A DNA stretch of 64,000 nt from an uncultured Alphaproteobacteria bacterium (GTDB taxonomy: Bacteria; Pseudomonadota; Alphaproteobacteria; Rhodobacterales; Rhodobacteraceae), in the NCBI GenBank assembly GCA_929200255.1, contig CAKMYZ010000002.1:262854-326853 (forward strand), read 5' to 3'. The notes beneath the pieces are model-generated. The model saw nothing but the letters and a program-made list of their open reading frames with translations. It had not been told where the DNA came from and searched no databases. Position numbers and translations under genes: made by a program. Positions within the stretch are counted from its first letter, which is position 1; every line of letters starts with the position of its first letter. Shown piece by piece: positions 60,079-64,000 of this stretch.

Positions 60079-60941
60079 GACCCACTCCCATGGCTGATAT
60101 GGGGGGCGAGAAAGGCATCGCTGACTTCGGGCACATCTGGCAGGCCAGCGCCCGTGATGCGTGGCACGGCGTCCAGCAAGGCGCGGGTGTAGGCATGGCG
60201 CGGGTGCGCAAAGATCGCAGCGGTCGGGCCGTCTTCTACGATGCGGCCCCGGTAGATCACATAGACACGGTCGGCGAATTCGCGCACGACGCCAAGGTTG
60301 TGCGATATGAACAGCACCGCTGTGGCGTGGTCCGCGACGAGCCTGTGCATCAGCTTGAGCGTTTGCGCCTGCACTGATACATCCAGCGCGGTCCCCGGCT
60401 CATCGGCCAGTAACAGTTTGGGCCGGTTAGCAAGCGCCATCGCGATCATCACGCGCTGATTCATACCGCCCGACAATTGGAATGGATAGCTGGCCAACAC
60501 ACGGGCTGGGTCTGGGATTTCTGTTTCCGCAAGGGCATCGGCCGCGCGCGTGGCGCAGGTTTCTGCGCTCAGGGTCTTGTCTCGCCGCCGCAACACTTCG
60601 GCAAATTGGCGACCGATGGTAAAGGTGGGGTTCAGCGCCGACGTTGGGTCCTGAAAGATCATCGACATGTCGGTCCCACGCAAATCAGCGCGCGACTTAG
60701 CGGTCATCGCCGCAAGCGCTTGCCCTTCAAACAACACATCGCCGCTGATCCGCGCGTTGCGCAACTCTTGCAACAAACCCAGCACGATCCGCGCTGTTAC
60801 GGATTTGCCCGATCCGCTTTCGCCAACCAGCGCGACCCGTTCGCCTTTGGCAATAGATAGGTCAATGCCGTGCAACACATCCGTTTTGCCACGCAGCCCT
60901 TTGAAGGACAGGCGCAGGTCATTGATTGAAAGAACGCTCAT
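60075..60941 (-). CDS. ABC transporter ATP-binding protein (DppD-like)
   Basis: GESGSGKS, LSGGMNQR, LLLADEP; ATG 60941 forms ATGA with the permease stop. Confidence 0.85.
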   Translation of the reverse strand: MSVLSINDLRLSFKGLRGKTDVLHGIDLSIAKGERVALVGESGSGKSVTARIVLGLLQELRNARISGDVLFEGQALAAMTAKSRADLRGTDMSMIFQDPTSALNPTFTIGRQFAEVLRRRDKTLSAETCATRAADALAETEIPDPARVLASYPFQLSGGMNQRVMIAMALANRPKLLLADEPGTALDVSVQAQTLKLMHRLVADHATAVLFISHNLGVVREFADRVYVIYRGRIVEDGPTAAIFAHPRHAYTRALLDAVPRITGAGLPDVPEVSDAFLAPHISHGSGS

Positions 60942-61771
60942 CCATCGATCTCCAACACTTCGCGCAGGCCATCGCCCAACAGGTTGAATCCGAAGACTGC
61001 GATCAGAATGGCGAGACCTGGGAAAACCGTCAGCCACCAGCTGTCAGGCAGATAGCGCGCGCCTTCAGCGACCATTGACCCCAGATCGGGCGTCGGAGGT
61101 TGGACACCGAGCCCCAGAAACGACAGAGACGAAGCGATGATAATCACAAAGCCCATGTCGAGCGTCATCTTGGTGATGATCGCGGGCAGGCAGTTGGGTA
61201 AGATTTCGCGAAAGGCGATATGCGGCGTACCCGCACCGATCACCTCGGCAGCCAGCACGTAGCCTTCTTCCCGTTCCGAACGCGCGATGGCATAGACCAG
61301 CCGCGCGTACCATGGCCACCACATCGCGGTGACGGCCAGCATGGCGTTTGTCAGCGTTGGCTCTAGCACACCCATCATGGCGATGGCCAAAACCAGTGGG
61401 GGGATCGACAGAAACACATCAACGACGCGCATCAGAACCGCCTCAACCCAGCCGCCAACATAGCCGGCCAGCAGACCAATGATCGTACCAATCGGCGTCG
61501 CAATCACCAGAACGACAACCCCAAGCGTTAAGGAGATCTGATAGGCATAGAGAATCCGGCTAAAGATATCCCGCCCCACCAGATCCGTGCCCATCCAGTT
61601 CTGCGCTGAGGGCGCACGATTGTTGTTGAGAAAATCGACGACGGCTCCGTTGTGGGTTGGGTAGGGGGCAAGCCAGGGCGCGAAAACCGCCGCGACGATA
61701 ACCAGCCCCACAAGGATCAGCCCGAGCAAACTCAGCGGATTGCGCGTCAGGACCAGGATCGTTCGGATCAT
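60938..61771 (-). CDS. ABC transporter permease (DppC-like)
   Basis: 277 aa, 6 spans, binding-protein-dependent permease pattern. Confidence 0.85.
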   Translation of the reverse strand: MIRTILVLTRNPLSLLGLILVGLVIVAAVFAPWLAPYPTHNGAVVDFLNNNRAPSAQNWMGTDLVGRDIFSRILYAYQISLTLGVVVLVIATPIGTIIGLLAGYVGGWVEAVLMRVVDVFLSIPPLVLAIAMMGVLEPTLTNAMLAVTAMWWPWYARLVYAIARSEREEGYVLAAEVIGAGTPHIAFREILPNCLPAIITKMTLDMGFVIIIASSLSFLGLGVQPPTPDLGSMVAEGARYLPDSWWLTVFPGLAILIAVFGFNLLGDGLREVLEIDG

Positions 61772-62799
61772 GCCTCACCTCCGCGTGTGGAATGGCGGAT
61801 GCGTGGGTTTAGCAGCGCAATAAGCAGGTCCACGATGATGTTCACGATCAGGAAGGTCAGCGCGATGATCAACACTGTGCCCATGATGGCGTTAAGATCC
61901 TTGCGCAGTATAACGTTCACGCCATAGCGGCTCAGGCCGGGCCAGGCGAACACCGCTTCCACCAGAAAGGCATTGCCAAGCATCGCCGCAAAATCCAGTC
62001 CGATGATCGTGAGCGATGGGATTAGCGACGGCTTGAACGCCCAGATGCGCGCGATGCGGTTGGGAAAGAACCCGAAAGCCTGTGCCATCTCAATGTAAGG
62101 TTTTTCATATGTCTCGGCCATATTTGCGCGGGTCAGGCGCGCGGCCTGCCCGATCCCCGATAGCGACAGAGCGACGGCGGGTAGGATCAGGTGATGCAGC
62201 GCATCGGCAAAGACGGCCAAGTCAGCCATAAGCAGCGCGTCGATGGTCAGAAAACCGGTGACGCGCTCAATCTCATAAACATCGCTGATCCGGCCCGCGA
62301 CGGGGAACAACGGCAGATAAAACGCAAACAGCAACATCAGGATCACCGCCCAGACAAAGCTGGGGGCGGAGACTGTCAGCAGTGACAAGATACGCACAAG
62401 ATGATCGGGCCAGCGGTTGCGGTGGCGCGCGGCCAGAATACCCAGCGGCAGACCTACGCCGACCATGATAATGCCGGCCAAGAGCACCAATTCCAGCGTC
62501 GCTGGGAGAAATTGAGCGATGTCCAACGTCACTGGGCGATTGGTATAAAGCGACGTACCCAGATCCCCTCGCAGCACATCCACGACGAAATTGGCGTATT
62601 GCACCGGCAGGCTGTCATCAAGGTGCATCTCGGCGCGCAAGTTGGCGATCTGTTCGGCATTGGCGTTGGGGCCAAGTGCGATGCGGGCAGGATCACCGGG
62701 GATGATCCGCGCAATCACAAAAATCAGCATTGATACGCCGATCAACACAATGACAGAGATACCTAGCCGCCGTAGCAACAAACGCAGGATGGGGGACAT
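61768..62799 (-). CDS. ABC transporter permease (DppB-like)
   Basis: ILRLLLRRL... start typical of DppB/OppB; start at ATG 62799. Confidence 0.85.
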   Translation of the reverse strand: MSPILRLLLRRLGISVIVLIGVSMLIFVIARIIPGDPARIALGPNANAEQIANLRAEMHLDDSLPVQYANFVVDVLRGDLGTSLYTNRPVTLDIAQFLPATLELVLLAGIIMVGVGLPLGILAARHRNRWPDHLVRILSLLTVSAPSFVWAVILMLLFAFYLPLFPVAGRISDVYEIERVTGFLTIDALLMADLAVFADALHHLILPAVALSLSGIGQAARLTRANMAETYEKPYIEMAQAFGFFPNRIARIWAFKPSLIPSLTIIGLDFAAMLGNAFLVEAVFAWPGLSRYGVNVILRKDLNAIMGTVLIIALTFLIVNIIVDLLIALLNPRIRHSTRGGEA

Positions 62800-62870
62800 C
62801 GGGGGTTCCGTTCGGAAGAAGAAAAGAGAGTGCGGCGGATCCATAGCAGGCCCGCCGCCAAGAGGCTGGT

Positions 62871-64000
62871 CTACTCAACCATTTCCATCAGGCGGAAGGA
62901 AAAACCCATCCCGTCTAGACCAAACGCCTGTGCCGGGTCGCTCAGCGCTGGTGCTTTCACACGGTTTGAGGCGGCAAAGACTGACTGGCGATCAAAGCCA
63001 TAGATCGTTGGCGCAATCTCCATCAGGCGCGCATTGAGTGCAGCATACGCGGCTTCACGTCCGGCCTCATCTGTGGCTGCGCGCCCTGCCTCAAGTGCAG
63101 CATCTACCGCTACATCATTCAGGTACTCCGGCGACTGCCATGTGCCGGGCGTAGATGAGTGATACATCCCGTAGAGCAGTGTATCAGGGTCGCCGGTGAC
63201 AGCGTTTACAAACAACTGGCTGATGTGTGGCGTGTTTTCAGGCGTAGAAACTTGTTCCGCAAACAAGGCCCATGGCAGTTTGGTGATATGCGATTTGATG
63301 CCAAGCTGGGTAAAGTTAGACTGCATCAGCAAGGCAAAGCGTTCTTCCAACGGCACCTCGGCGATCCAGCTAATTTCGATATCCATGTCTGCGGGATCAT
63401 AGGCACATGCCTCAAGCGAAGCTTTGGCAGCGTCCAAGTCCTGCGACAAGGCCATTTCAGCACCATTGGCCCCGAACATACCAACAGGGATCGCACCCGT
63501 AGCGGGCGAGCCTGCGGAAACATCATCGTTGATCGCAATCATCTGAACAGCTGTCGCGTAGTCAAACGCCTGACTTAGCGCCAAGCGGCAGTTCACGTCA
63601 TCCAGCGGAGCCTTAGTGGTATTCATCTTGAAATAGAATGCACCGGTTCCGGTTTCCGTGAACAATTGCGCACCGTCCTTGGCCAGCGCCTGAACAACCT
63701 CCGGCGGGAGCCATTGGCTCGCAATGTCGTGTTCGCCTTGGGCAATCAGCGTGCGAACAGTTGCCGCCTCAAGACCATATCGCAGGCGGACCGTATCGGG
63801 AGCGACATCGGCAACGCCAAGGAAATACTGGTCCCATTTCGCCATTACGGTTTCGTCCTGCGGATTGTGGCTCGTCACCGAATAGGCACCTGTACCGGCA
63901 CCATTTGCGCTCAAGAAACTTTCACCCCATTCATCGTCGGAATTCGCGGCGACATGCACCTGATCCACGATGGGTAAGCGCACGAGAGATGCGATAAACG
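62871..64000 (-). CDS. ABC transporter substrate-binding protein, family 5 (partial; N-terminus beyond the window)
   Basis: The frame stays open from 63983 to the window edge; the C-terminal two thirds fit an SBP_bac_5-type protein. Confidence 0.8.
   Translation of the reverse strand, partial: FIASLVRLPIVDQVHVAANSDDEWGESFLSANGAGTGAYSVTSHNPQDETVMAKWDQYFLGVADVAPDTVRLRYGLEAATVRTLIAQGEHDIASQWLPPEVVQALAKDGAQLFTETGTGAFYFKMNTTKAPLDDVNCRLALSQAFDYATAVQMIAINDDVSAGSPATGAIPVGMFGANGAEMALSQDLDAAKASLEACAYDPADMDIEISWIAEVPLEERFALLMQSNFTQLGIKSHITKLPWALFAEQVSTPENTPHISQLFVNAVTGDPDTLLYGMYHSSTPGTWQSPEYLNDVAVDAALEAGRAATDEAGREAAYAALNARLMEIAPTIYGFDRQSVFAASNRVKAPALSDPAQAFGLDGMGFSFRLMEMVE

Noticed and set aside
1-64000. 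Search for rRNA, tRNA, tmRNA and CRISPR arrays
   Set aside because: I saw no cloverleaf-like segments in the intergenic regions I read and no regularly spaced direct repeats. This was done by eye only, and tRNAscan and CRISPR finders were not run.

Overview
High-GC (about 60 percent by eye) alphaproteobacterial chromosome segment. A SAM/SAH-type riboswitch ahead of metK and the gene content point to Rhodobacterales (Roseobacter group). I call about 70 protein genes. Housekeeping blocks are metG, parE, trpF-trpB, lapA-ihfB-rpsA, cmk-aroA, trmB, metK, lnt-corC-ybeY-phoH-miaB, and irr next to fabA-fabB-fabI. Accessory content: a carnitine module (lcdH fusion plus BKACE), a minimal nonulosonic-acid/glycosyltransferase cluster, a five-gene overlapping hydrolase operon, MFS transporters, and a hydantoinase/oxoprolinase-M24-GAF-ABC uptake locus running off the right edge. 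I saw no rRNA, tRNA or CRISPR. Most interesting observations: (1) 15.9-18.7 kb looks like a decay and insertion hot spot. A LexA-box-preceded radical-SAM/DUF4130 SOS cassette is reduced to pseudogenes. It is followed by a lipoprotein gene, a possible IS scar, and a low-GC Cys-rich HNH-like orphan gene whose TTG start overlaps the parE stop codon. (2) A 26-nt REP-like palindrome occurs three times, one copy beside a RayT-like gene that appears to have lost its HUH histidine and nucleophilic tyrosine. (3) Three adjacent AT-rich hairpins sit between a small ORF and trpB. (4) Three accessory genes interrupt the widely conserved aroA-cmk-rpsA-ihfB order. (5) A second hyuB copy is frameshifted next to a G6 run, and a stand-alone GAF protein is translationally coupled inside the hydantoinase operon. 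All calls come from reading motifs and ORF context by eye; no database search or folding program was run, and start codons are provisional.
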